This document shows, piece by piece, positions 32,705 to 44,465 of a stretch of DNA of 64,000 nucleotides. How positions within the stretch are numbered: the stretch's first letter is position 1; each line of letters opens with the position of its first letter. Below the pieces are notes generated by a model. The model was not told the origin of the DNA. It made no database searches and was given only the letters and a program-made list of their open reading frames with translations. The DNA is from Macrostomum lignano (Eukaryota), in NCBI GenBank assembly GCA_002269645.1, contig NIVC01000912.1, forward strand, positions 1 to 64,000, given 5' to 3'. Both the position numbers and the translations under genes were made by a program.

Positions 32705-32895
32705 TGAGCTAACGAGGAGGTGGGGTGGGCGTCACTAGGATACCTCAATAAGCTAACAAAGAGGTGGGGTGGGCGTCATGAGGATACCTCAGTAAGCTAA
32801 CAAGGAGGTGGGGTGGGCGTCACTAGGATACCTCAGTAAGCTAACGAGGAGGTGGGGTGGGCGTCACTAGGATACCTCAGTAAGCTAACGGAGGG
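32705..32895. repeat. Approximately 44-bp tandem repeat, about 4 copies
   Basis: GCTAAC..GGAGGTGGGGTGGGCGTCA..AGGATACCTCAGTAA repeated. Confidence 0.85.
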
Positions 32896-33397
32896 TGTCA
32901 TGAGGATTTCTGAGTCCAAATGCGAGTCCCAGAAGTCCCATTTTAAGCAAACTCAGCTTCAACACAGTGCACATGGAGAAATAACACACGAGGCCAGCAG
33001 ACGCAGCTATAATGCCCTGTGTTGTGAACGGGCCACGGACGAATTAATCAGGCAAATTTTCGGCTGAGCTCAAAGCGGATTGCCAGGAGGGATCGGCAAG
33101 GAGGGGATCCGGAATCGGGTCGGCAGGGAAGTTGAACGCGGCTTCTCAGAAGAGAGAGCGAATCGGCAAGATTGAATTGGTGAGGGGATGGCGGATAGAT
33201 ACCAGCCACCTTACCGACGAGCCTGCCCCCCCCCCCCTATCGGAGTCCGCTGGGGATTCAGGACGGCTACCAGGGACCCCGGATCCGCCGCTGTCTGAGT
33301 AGGGTTAGGCAGGAGATGGCCAAGATGAAGAGCAGCCATGCAGACTTTGGAAGCTGGTAGGAGGCGATAAAAGTGCATCTAGCAGATTGCTTCCTAA

Positions 33398-33432
<35 letters not shown>

Positions 33433-34939
33433 AAATTATAATGCCGAATGTTGGTTGTTAAGCTGATAAAACCGCAACAAATACTGCATTTTCGATAAAA
33501 GATCACCAATGCCTAACTGGAAGCGCAGAATTAGTTATAACAAACTAATATCAGACTTGGACTCGCATTGAGCGGATTAAACGGAGCACAGGGGGTGACA
33601 AAACACAGTTTACATGTAGGAGAGGCGGGGGCCTCAGCTGTTGAATAATTAAAAACTGCAGGAGCTCCTCATCCAACAGTCCCGGTGAGCGAGAGAGGAG
33701 CGGACAGGAGGAGAAAAGAGCTGGATGAAAATCGCGGGATGCCGTATGTTATAGCGTAGCCTTCGGCTTACCGCTAACTGTGTCAACAGAGCAAAGTTAC
33801 CAAAGTGGCAGTTCCTATTAAAAATACTTGATATAATATATATAAGGATTCTAAATGTCCTACGGACTGGTACTGAAGGAGGAGTGGACGAAGACACAAG
33901 TCAAGTGCCTGAGATCTTGGATATTACGCTCGGTAGTTACAAGTAGTTCGCAAAGGGGGACCCAAACTCCATGCTCACACTGGGTGTACAGCGCCCCTGA
34001 CTAAAGCTCCCCGACTCCGAGGCGTTAGTCCTGCTCTACAATATTTAGTGAAACTTTACTTTTCTCTCCGCGTTACTAAGGGAAACGAAGAGTAGTGAGC
34101 TCTCGACACGCGAATTTCTCAGCTCAAGCAAGCGAGGATCTCATTTATCTTACCTGTCAACACGAGCTAATGGGGGGCTGGAAACTCTCCAGGGTTCTCT
34201 GGATGAAAAGACCTGGACTAGAGCAAGCAAACGGATTATAACAGCCGAACTCTTCAACAATAATTTCTCCATAGATCACAAAATTATCACAGACTATCAC
34301 AGAGTACTCGTTGTCGTTTTGCGTGAATTTTTTGAATTCGGAATGCATATACTAGTCTAGCTATCCAAAAGTCCTTGGCCTCGTTCTTTCTCTCCTCGCT
34401 GCTATCCAATTTCTCTCGATCGCGCATAATATTTGAGCAGCTCCGAGCTCGTAAAGTGAAAATAAGTAAGAGCCGGCATCAAAACACGCACACTGAGGAG
34501 CGCACGCATGGAGACGCGGCACAAACCAAACGACAAACAGTCCGCACTAGTTATTTACTGAGCAGAAACACGGGTTTACAGCGAGACTAATCGTTTTTCT
34601 TAGAAAGAGTCGACGGCTGTCCAGCCTCTTACTCTCTTCTAATCATCAATTACATTGCAGAGGCGCGGAGAAAAGTTCCCACGCTTGTCAAACTGCGATC
34701 CGACAAATGAGTTGAGTAGCTCTACCGAGTCTGCTGCGAGTAAATTAGAGACACACCTGAGCAGCATCTACTGCGTCTCATTGTGCGGCTTCTTTTACTT
34801 CAATAGTAGCAATTAAAGAGAATACGAGTACCCGCAGAGCTCATTAGCAACTTTATTCATACAGCCTAATAGCAAATTTGAGCAACAGCTAAGACAGACA
34901 GACAGACAAATCTCTGAGTTATCACTCTGAAGGGAGTAA

Positions 34940-36400
34940 CGATGCCTTTGAACTTCCATTTTTCAGGGAGTGACAATGGCTCTGAACTTCCACTTTTCAG
35001 GGAGTGACAATGGCTCTGAACTTCCACTTTTCAGGGAGTGACAATGGCTCTGAACTTCCACTTTTCAGAGAGTGACAATGGCTCTGAACTTCCACTTTTC
35101 AGAGAGTGACAATGACTCTGAACTTCCACTTTTCAGGGAGTGACAATGACTCTGAACTTCCACTTTCAGGGAGTGACAATGGCTCTGAACTTCCACTTTT
35201 CAGGGAGTGACAATGGCTCTGAACTTCCACTTTTCAGGGAGTGACAATGGCTCTGAACTTCCACTTTTCAGAGAGTGACAATGGCTCTGAACTTCCACTT
35301 TTCAGAGAGTGACAATGACTCTGAACTTCCACTTTTCAGGGAGTGACAATGACTCTGAACTTCCACTTTTCAGGGAGTGACAATGACTCTGAACTTCCAC
35401 TTTTCAGGGAGTGACAATGGCTCTGAACTTCCACTTTTCAGGGAGTGACAATGACTCTGAACTTCCACTTTTCAGGGAGTGACAATGGCTCTGAACTTCC
35501 ACTTTTCAGGGAGTGACAATGACTCTGAACTTCCACTTTTCAGGGAGTGACAATGACTCTGAACTTCCACTTTCAGGGAGTGACAATGACTCTGAACTTC
35601 CACTTTTCAGGGAGTGACAATGACTCTGAACTTCCACTTTTCAGGGAGTGACAATGACTCTGAACTTCCACTTTTCAGGGAGTGACAATGACTCTGAACT
35701 TCCACTTTCAGGGAGTGACAATGACTCTGAACTTCCACTTTTCAGGGAGTGACAATGGCTCTGAACTTCCACTTTTCAGGGAGTGACAATGGCTCTGAAC
35801 TTCCACTTTTCAGAGAGTGACAATGGCTCTGAACTTCCACTTTTCAGGGAGTGACAATGACTCTGAACTTCCACTTTTCAGGGAGTGACAATGGCTCTGA
35901 ACTTCCACTTTTCAGGGAGTGACAATGACTCTGAACTTCCACTTTTCAGGGAGTGACAATGGCTCTGAACTTCCACTTTTCAGGGAGTGACAATGACTCT
36001 GAACTTCCACTTTCAGGGAGTGACAATGACTCTGAACTTCCACTTTTCAGGGAGTGACAATGACTCTGAACTTCCACTTTTCAGGGAGTGACAATGACTC
36101 TGAACTTCCACTTTTCAGGGAGTGACAATGACTCTGAACTTCCACTTTCAGGGAGTGACAATGGCTCTGAACTTCCACTTTTCAGGGAGTGACAATGACT
36201 CTGAACTTCCACTTTCAGGGAGTGACAATGGCTCTGAACTTCCACTTTCAGGGAGTGACAATGGCTCTGAAATTCCGACTTTTAGAGAGTGACGATGACT
36301 GAACTTCCAAATTCTAGAGAGTGACAATGACTCTGAACTTCCACTCTTCAAGGAGTGACAATGACCCTAAAATTCAGACTTTCAGAGAGTGAAAATGACT
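34940..36400. repeat. 33-34-bp minisatellite (CTCTGAACTTCCACTTTTCAGGGAGTGACAATGR)
   Basis: About 40 homogeneous units with degenerate edges. Confidence 0.95.
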
Positions 36401-36909
36401 TTGAATTCCGACAACCAGAGAGTGACAATCAACCTTGAAATCTCACACGTATCAGTCTAAACGACTCTGCGCTCGTAAAAAACCTTCATAAACAGCAAGC
36501 GATGTCACAGGCACATTGACCGGCCCCACACAGCTGCATCATGCAGACAAATCCCAAATAAAACGACACAAAAAATCGATTCACCAGGCAGAAATTTTCG
36601 CTGCACCATGCCACCCATGCCAGCCCTCAGCCGATGACTGCGGACAGAGATAAGGGAGACGAGCCGGGCAAAACAGTTTAGCGCCCGCAACTGCAGCTGG
36701 GTAGGCAGAGGCCCGCAGTGAAACTGCACCGGACCAAATCTATTTATTGTTATTGCTTTAAACTAAGCCAATTTTTCTTAGACTGACAGTCTGCGGCAAT
36801 GCGAAAAAATGCAAATTTGAAAGAATCAATAAAATTAAGGATAAACCGTTTGCAGCTGATCTTTTCCTGCAGTGCTGGCGTTTTATTGCCCATTTGCTCC
36901 TTCCTATTG

Positions 36910-36927
36910 CCTGCCTGCCTGTTTGCC

Positions 36928-36980
<53 letters not shown>

Positions 36981-37018
36981 GCCTGCCTGCCTGTCTGTCT
37001 GTCTGTCAGTCTGTCTAT

Positions 37019-37058
<40 letters not shown>

Positions 37059-37074
37059 ATGTCAGTCTGTCTAT

Positions 37075-37121
<47 letters not shown>

Positions 37122-37159
37122 CCTGCCTGTCTGTCTGTCAGTCTGTCTGTCTGTCTGCC

Positions 37160-37212
<53 letters not shown>

Positions 37213-37236
37213 GTCTGTCTGTCTGTCTGTCTGTCT
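36910..37236. repeat. (TCTG)n microsatellite
   Basis: Imperfect tetranucleotide array. Confidence 0.95.
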
Positions 37237-39501
37237 TAGCGTCAATCAATCTCAGTATACTCTATTACTCAACCAATTGGCCAATCAATCAATCCATTAA
37301 TTAGTCCACGAAAATCAGTCTACGTCTATCAGTCTCTCAGCCTGTCCGTCTCGCCCTCTCTACCCAACTTCTCTGCCAAGCCGTCTCTCTTCCACTCCTT
37401 CTCCCCTTTCCTCCCCATTTCCTAAATAGTCGATCCCAGCCACTTTGCACAGCCAGCATGGAGAGTAGGTAGCTGCACTCCCGCAGTGTTTCTCTCCCAG
37501 CTTCCACACCTACTGATTGACAGGCCGGTGTAGAAGGGGGAAATTAGCTTCATCTGCCTGCGTGTCCGTTTCTAGAAGCCCGGAAATCTTAGGGGAAGGC
37601 GGTTGGGGCAGGTTGAATGCAAATAACTAATAGCTAGGATTGACTGCATCGGGAGACAAAAGAATCCAACATTGTGGCAGTCGAGCTTCATCATCGGCTC
37701 GGCCAGCTTCCCGGCGCTAAATACCCGCCGCCTGATGGCATCTAAGCTGCTGCTGCTGCTGCCAGTAGAGTCTGCAGAGCACTACGAGAAGAAGGAAGAG
37801 GAGAGAAAGGAGAGGGCACTGAGAAGAAAATCGATATTGCTCCGGTCGAGCAGCTGGAATGGGGGGAGGATGAGGGAGACTGCAGGAGGGTTGGTGCATC
37901 ATCAAGGCCGACCGCACAGATTCACACTCGCTCGCATGAGGCGGCGGAGAAATCTGATAGATGAGAGAAAAAGAGGGAGCGGGGCGCTATGGTAGGATGA
38001 GGAGAGCTGCCGGATCTCGGCTTAGAGAGCGAGCGGGACTGGGAGAAAAGATCGAGCACGGCGAAGGCCCTCCGTCCCCGCCCCACCCCCTCCGGAGTGC
38101 CGCATCTGTTGTGGTCCAGCGCGGCGCTCTGATGTACCAGCGGCCCAGGCTCGATTCCCAGTGCAGTCACATTAATTTGGAGCTAAATTGGAGTTTCGGC
38201 TTGGCTCTGCTCGTGCAATTAACGGCCTTGAGAGCCAAACCCCCAAGGCACAGTGAAGTGTACATGCCTAATAATGATAAATAAAGTTACGGGCCGCTGT
38301 GCACTCCTGTGTAACTGCGTACCTATCCGCGCGCTTGTGTGCCTGCTCAGGGGAGTCGGCAGAATGGGCAGTAATGCATCTCACCGGTTGTGTGACAATG
38401 TCGCTTAAAGTGCTCTAGGGTGCACACAGCCCCTGCCTCTAACTAAAAACGTATGTACAATCTTTACAAAGCTTTGCAAAAATCAATAAAGCAATAAGAC
38501 GAAATTTTATACCCCATCGAGCATGTCGGGGACTTCCTAAAACGCAGCATTCGAAAAGAGAATCCATCACAGAATGTTTTCAGAGCTGCGTCATGCCATT
38601 GAAAACGCAATAACACGAAAGCCCCAGGACTTGCTGCGCCGCCTCATCCTCGGGATGCCCCGCAGGCAGAGATCCCACACGCGTTATTAGGCATCGCGAT
38701 TCTAACTGCATATTGCATAAAAAATTAACCGTTATGATTTTGTCGTCTATTATTGATTCAATCCACTTTCCCTTCCTCGCGGCGGCTTAGTTGCCTTTGT
38801 GCCTTTTTTCCCGTAAGTCGTACTCGCGAAGAGCATGTTAAGTCGCCTCCTCACCGTGCCATGCCTGGGAGTCGAACCCCGGCCCATTGGAACATTCTGA
38901 CTCAATATAATGAGTGCAGGAATTGGGCGGAGTTTCTACTTTCATGAAATCATTAGCAAATTAATGAATCTCAGTTGCTATTCTTTACCTACTAACCCTT
39001 AGCCGCAAGCCAGACTAGCAGATAGATAATCTTAAGGATGAAGTGGCTAGATAGAAATGCCGGATTAGCTGGTAATCCTAAAGATTCCCATTGAAATCTG
39101 TGGCTGAGAGCATTGGCTGAATTTCCAATATCGACAGAACTGGTGATAATTATTTGGCAAAAAAGGTCTTCGTTACGATTTCTGTGATCGTGTCTTGTTC
39201 AGGGTGGGAGGGCATGCGACCCCGGGTCACATGCAATATCCCTCAGTGGCCTGTCAGTCCCAGCCTCAGCATCCGCCATCCAGCCAGTCTCTCACTGCAT
39301 CAACAGGCTTCAACTCTAAACTGGCAGTGATAAACGTTTGTAAAATAGAAATATCTGGATTGATAGTCCTGGGATCGGGAGGGAGGGGTTGGGGCTTATG
39401 TGGCGCTGTACACCCTGAGTGAGCGTGGTATGAGTGCTGTATTCCATTCATTGTTGGCTCCCCAACGGGGGGGGCGCTGATTAGTTAGCTAAGCAGCTCA
39501 C

Positions 39502-42500
39502 CTGCCGTCTACCTAGAGTAGACGCCTGGTCCAACACAGTCAGCAGCAGGTGTCCCAGCTCGTTAGTCACAACGCATCTCCAAGTGTCCAGGAATGCGTC
39601 AAGATTCTCCTGCGCCACTTTCGACGCCGGGGTCAGCACCTCCAGAGCGCGCATCGAGGTCAGCAGCATGTTGCCGAGGGTTTGCACGTAGTACTCCAGC
39701 CAGTCCGCGGCAGCCCACCAGCACGGCGGGCAGGAGTGCAACTGCGAGATCAGCAGGCAGACGGTCAGGCAGCGCTCCCACGCCAGCTCGAAGCCATGCC
39801 AGTCCAGCGCCTGTGCCACCTGCACCGAGTGGCCGATCAGACCGCGTTCGCTGGCCAGCTGTCCGAGAATTTGGTGATCGGGCAGGCGGGGACTGCTGCG
39901 GGACTGCCGCTCCTGCTGGCGTCTGGCGGGAAGGTGAGAGTTGAACTACTGAGTCTTCAGTGTGCCGCCTGCTGCCACCCTCCATGAGTCTTCAGTGTGC
40001 CGCCTGCTGCCATCCTCCCTGAGTCTTCAGTGTGCCGCCTGCTGCCACCCTGGAGTCTTCAGCCTGCCGCCTGCCGCCACCCTCCCTGAGTCCTTGAGTC
40101 TTCAGTGTTCTGCCTGACGCCACCCTCCGTGAGTCCCTGAATCTTCAATGTGCCGCTTGCTGCCACCCTCCCTGAGTCTTCAGTGTGCCGCGTGGTGCCC
40201 AACCCCCCCTTCTGAGTCCCCGAGTTCTCAGTGTGCGCCGCCGCTGAAACCTCTCACAGATCCTTTTAAAAGACAAAGGTTAGCGCGAGCCCCACCTTGC
40301 CACCACATCGGCCAGACTGTCCAAGCTCAGCCGCATGTGAGCAAGGACGTCGGCGCGCAGACGCTGAGCGCAGGTGTTGTCGGGATGCCGCAGGTACAGC
40401 TTGGAGGCTGTCAGCTGTAGCCCGACCGCCTTCTCCAAGGCCGAGCGCATGTGAGCCAGCTTGCAGCGGGCGATTTCGCATTTCACGTCTGCCTGACGCT
40501 CCCCGGACAGCTGTCCGAGCTGCACCATGTGCTGGCCGAGCTCCGCGAATTGAGACATGAACTCAGCGAAACTGCGGGACGGATGGGGCGTGGGATCGCT
40601 ATCCAGTCATGAGATCCTCATTCTCTACCCACTCTCAGATTCATAGTCTCCCATTCTCTCTGTCGGATCTCTTATCCTATCCCCTCTTTATGATCCTTAC
40701 TCTCAATTCTCTCTCAGATAAAAATTTTCTAAGTTCCCTCTCTCTGATCCCCATTCTCTCTTCCCGTTCTCTGATCCCCATTCTCTCTTCCCGTTCTCTG
40801 ATCCCCATTCTTTCGTTCCCCTTCTCTGATCCCATTCTCTCATTCCCCTTCTCTGATCCCATTCTTTCAATCCCTTCTCTGATCCCATTCTTTCAATCCC
40901 TTCTCTGATCCCATTCTCTCATTCCCCTTCTCTGATCCCATTCTTTCAATCCCTTCTCTGATCCCATTCTTTCATTCCCTTCTCTGATCCCCATTCTCTC
41001 ATTCCCCTTCTCTGATCCCATTCTCTCATTCCCCTTCTCTGATCCCATTCTTTCAATCCCTTCTCTGATCCCAATTCTCTCATTCCCCTTCTCTGATCCC
41101 ATTCTTTCATTCCCCTTCTCTGATCCCATTCTCTCATTCCCCTTCTCTGATCCCATTCTCTCATTCCCCTTCTCTGATCCCATTCTTTCAATCCCTTCTC
41201 TGATCCCATTCTTTCATTCCCTTCTCTGATCCCCATTCTCTCATTCCCCTTCTCTGATCCCATTCTTTCATTCCCCTTCTCTGATCCCATTCTCTCATTC
41301 CCCTTCTCTGATCCTATTCTTTAATTCCCCTTCTCTGATCCCATTCTTTCATTCCCCTTCTCTGATCCCATTCTTTCATTCCCCTTCTCTGATCCCATTC
41401 TCTCATTCCCCTTTCGCTGGGATCCAGTCCCTAATTCTCTCTCTAATCCCCAATATCCCATTTATCTCGAATTCCCAATATTCTCCGCTTGATTATGATT
41501 TTCTATATCAATTGTTGCAACATATCGGTAGCCAACACAACCGCAGCTACTCTACAGTTTAGAAGCTCACCTACTCCGCTTGGCCAGCTCAGTTAGGCAG
41601 GCGGTCACCCTGTCCTTAGCGGCCAGCAGCTGCAGCACAGTAGCCTGATCGCCCAGCACCAGTACCCTGGTGACCGCCTGCACCAGCCGCTTAGCCGCTT
41701 GCACTAAGCTGTGCCGATCGCAGGCGTAGACAACCCCTCTGCCCGGCTCCATCTGGTACTGAGTCTGCTGGACAATGGCCTGGCCAGCCTGCCTAGCCAG
41801 GTGGCAGGCTTCGCTCAGCTCGGCTGCCAATTGCGGATTCTCGCCAGCCACCAGCTGACCAGCCGAGACAAACTGCTCAACAGCTTGGCCAACTCGGACG
41901 CCCATCTCGCTGACTAATTGAGCTATTCGCTCAGTTTTGCCCAGGTCGCATCGGCTGCTAAGCAGGCTTTGAATCTAAGGCAGGGAGTTGGGAAAATTTT
42001 GTAGCAAGCTATGCTGCAGCTTTTGTAGGCTGTCAAAACCCCAGCTAGAAACAATGAAAATCATTTGACCCACCCTAACACTGAAACAGGCTTGAAAGCT
42101 AAATTGCGTTGAGCTGATAAAAACCAGCACTTACCTACCTTATATATTTTAATGAATGTCCCTTAGATATAACAAGCATAATCAAAATATCAATTTTTTA
42201 ATAAAGAAGCTAATATGTCACCTTCAGACCCTTTGCAACTTTTTATATATTCCTAAAAGATAAATAATTTATTTTGCATAAATTCCTAGCTACTTTTGAT
42301 ATTTTGTAAACAATCTGTAGAAATAAGTGATTTAAAAAAGTAAGCAAAGAGAAAACTCAGAATATTTTTTATTTTAAATGATCTAAGCAACAATAAGCAT
42401 TTAATTATAAAATCATTTGATTATTTTAGTAATTTACTCCTCTTGTATCTACACGTATCACTCACTATATACAATTGTGGATGTACTCCTACTTTGCAAT

Positions 42501-42683
42501 AAGGAAAAAAGACAATCTACCATAGGGTGCCTAAATTTGGTGAAAGAAGCATATTGCTGATTTCGAATTAAAATCTTTGTCTTTACTTACGTGTTTTACA
42601 AATGGAAACAAAGCCTTTTCAATTGACTTTGAGTGAACATGGGCAATTAATGCCGTCACATCATCATTACTGAGAGTGCTCAT
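39502..42683 (-). CDS. CTNNAL1: Alpha-catulin-like protein (vinculin/alpha-catenin family), shortened
   Basis: Phase-consistent exons 42683-42591 (HSKSIEKALFPFVKH), 41974-41571 (RVGQAVEQFVSAGQLVAGENPQL...AAKRLVQAVTRVLVLGD), 40571-40296 (SFAEFMSQFAELGQHMVQLGQLSGERQADVK...LTASKLYLRHP) and 39922-39502 (PASKVAQENLDAFLDTW), totalling 398 codons. These match recalled alpha-catulin segments. The 3' end is unresolved, with a possible last exon stopping at 39266. Confidence 0.82.
40735..41412. repeat. 26-27-bp pyrimidine-rich minisatellite (CTGATCCCATTCTYTCATTCCCCTTCT), intronic
   Basis: About 25 units. Confidence 0.92.
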
Positions 42684-43232
42684 TTTTTGTATTATATATC
42701 CTCAAGTCAACTTGCAGAAAAATACACGAATAAAAAGCGATTATTCATGCCCTCAATACACAACTTTTTAGCAGAGGGTGCTGAAACTCGTATAAAAGAT
42801 CTGAATACATTGATAAAAATCGATCATTATGCTCTCGAGTATTTCAGTTGTCTTAATGCACAGTTAAGTGAATAAATTTTAGCAGCCGAAGCAAATACTA
42901 ACGTATACTTTCAGGTACCAGCTCTATAGCTCTAGTCTACTGTCGGTAGGCTAGGCTCTAGCTTGATGAGCTGATTTTAAATTATTTTTTAACGTGAAAA
43001 CACAAATTAAAATTAGATATACGCGTAAGAAATGTCCATAGCTATGAAGACAGATTTTTTTATTGAAATAAAAGGATACAGCTATCAATTTAGTGCAGTA
43101 TTATAAATATTTATGCCAGTATAGAAAATTATACTTTAAGTTTTGCTATAATTTATGGTGTAACCCGTTAATAATTTAACGTAGCCCGGTGTTTCTAGAA
43201 TAATTTGCAAGCTTGTAACCAGACTTTTTATT

Positions 43233-44465
43233 TGTAGTATTTCCTGGAAAGTACAAGCGTAATAATCCAGTTCCTTATGTGATAAATAGGCAATTAGATA
43301 ATAGCATGCACGGTAAGCAATTATTTAGGCCCTAGACAAACCTACTTGGAGCGTTTGGAGATTTTAAAGCTATTAATCCTAATCGCCTATCGCCGGTCGG
43401 CGAGTCCTACCAGTCTTTCTCCAATAGCCGCAGGTACAGTACAAGAAAATAAAGAACACGAGGGAACACAACCGAAAGATTTAGAGAGTGATAATCCTAT
43501 GTGATACAACTGATAATTGGCTAGACGATTTAATTTGATTACTCAAGTTACAGGATTCAAGCAAATTCGCGACGCAGATAATTAGACTGATGATAACGAA
43601 TAATAACGATTAATAATAATGATTATATTACGCACTGACAAGCGGATCTCAGCTGAGGAAGAAGAAGGAGGCACCGAACACAACCACGGAGAAGACTCCT
43701 AACCCCTGGCCTAAGCCAGAACCTACACTCAAACGAGAGCCCTGCCGAACCGACCGTTCAACGGAGTACCGACTAAATTCTATCGGCACTGCCCTTCAGT
43801 GTAACACTGAGGCCCTCGGGTCGAGGCCGCGTACTTGATCAGATCCGACAGTCTCTATCTAACCGCGCTTGATAGCGACGACTTCAGACAGAAATTTGCC
43901 GTAGACGTTACGCCACAAGACTACTGCGGTTGGGCGGGAACAAAGATATGGACCGGGGGTGATGAATTCAGGCGCCTCAAAGCGCGAACCAAAGGGAAAC
44001 AGCTAGGCCACCGGCCGGGAGACAAGACAAAACCGGGGAAAGAGAGCAAGCAGGAAAAAGGCGAGATCCGATTGCCAAAACACACTTTCATTTATAGTCA
44101 GAGTCACAACCCCTCAAAACCCCCCTCAAGCCGGGTGGTGGTCGTCTGGCCGGCCGCTTGCTTAAGCCGAATTGCACTGTGCCCGCGGCGCCGGGTAGAA
44201 TTGGAACTTGCCGCGTGCCAGGGTCCAGGCCGGTTCTGATTGGCTGGCCGCGCAAAGCTGGGGTTCGCAGACAAACTCAACCCTCCGCTGAGTCACAGAT
44301 AGCGTCTGACTTCTAGCCTGTTTACGCAAAATTGATTCTAACTAACAAGGAAAAAGTACACCAAAAACGTATGACTAAACTAAAGCAAAATAACAATTCA
44401 ATAACAATATAGAAACTAATGCAGTCAATTTACAACAAAATACACGCAAAGATGCTCACACTACA
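43233..44465 (-). mobile_element. Putative solo LTR of an LTR retrotransposon
   Basis: GC-richer block within AT-rich DNA, with TGTAGT...ACTACA termini (alternative TGTGA...TCACA at 43500-44460). The minus strand has CCAAT (about 44237), TATAAAT (about 44092) and ATTAAA (about 43528) in promoter-to-polyA order. No clean 4-6-bp TSD was found. Confidence 0.4.

Noticed and set aside
29088-36400. 34-bp arrays resembling CRISPR repeat length
   Set aside because: The units are head-to-tail with no unique spacers, there are no cas genes, and the context is eukaryotic.
38135-38890. Two B-box-like fragments (GGCTCGATTCCC at about 38148 on plus; GGTTCGACTCCC at about 38870 on minus)
   Set aside because: No cloverleaf or convincing A box was found. 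At most they are old tRNA/SINE remnants.
33965-39430. Short inverted dispersed motif GCGCTGTACACCC..GTGAGC (about 33980 and about 39405)
   Set aside because: The match is only about 25 bp with no TSD or element structure, too little to call a transposon.
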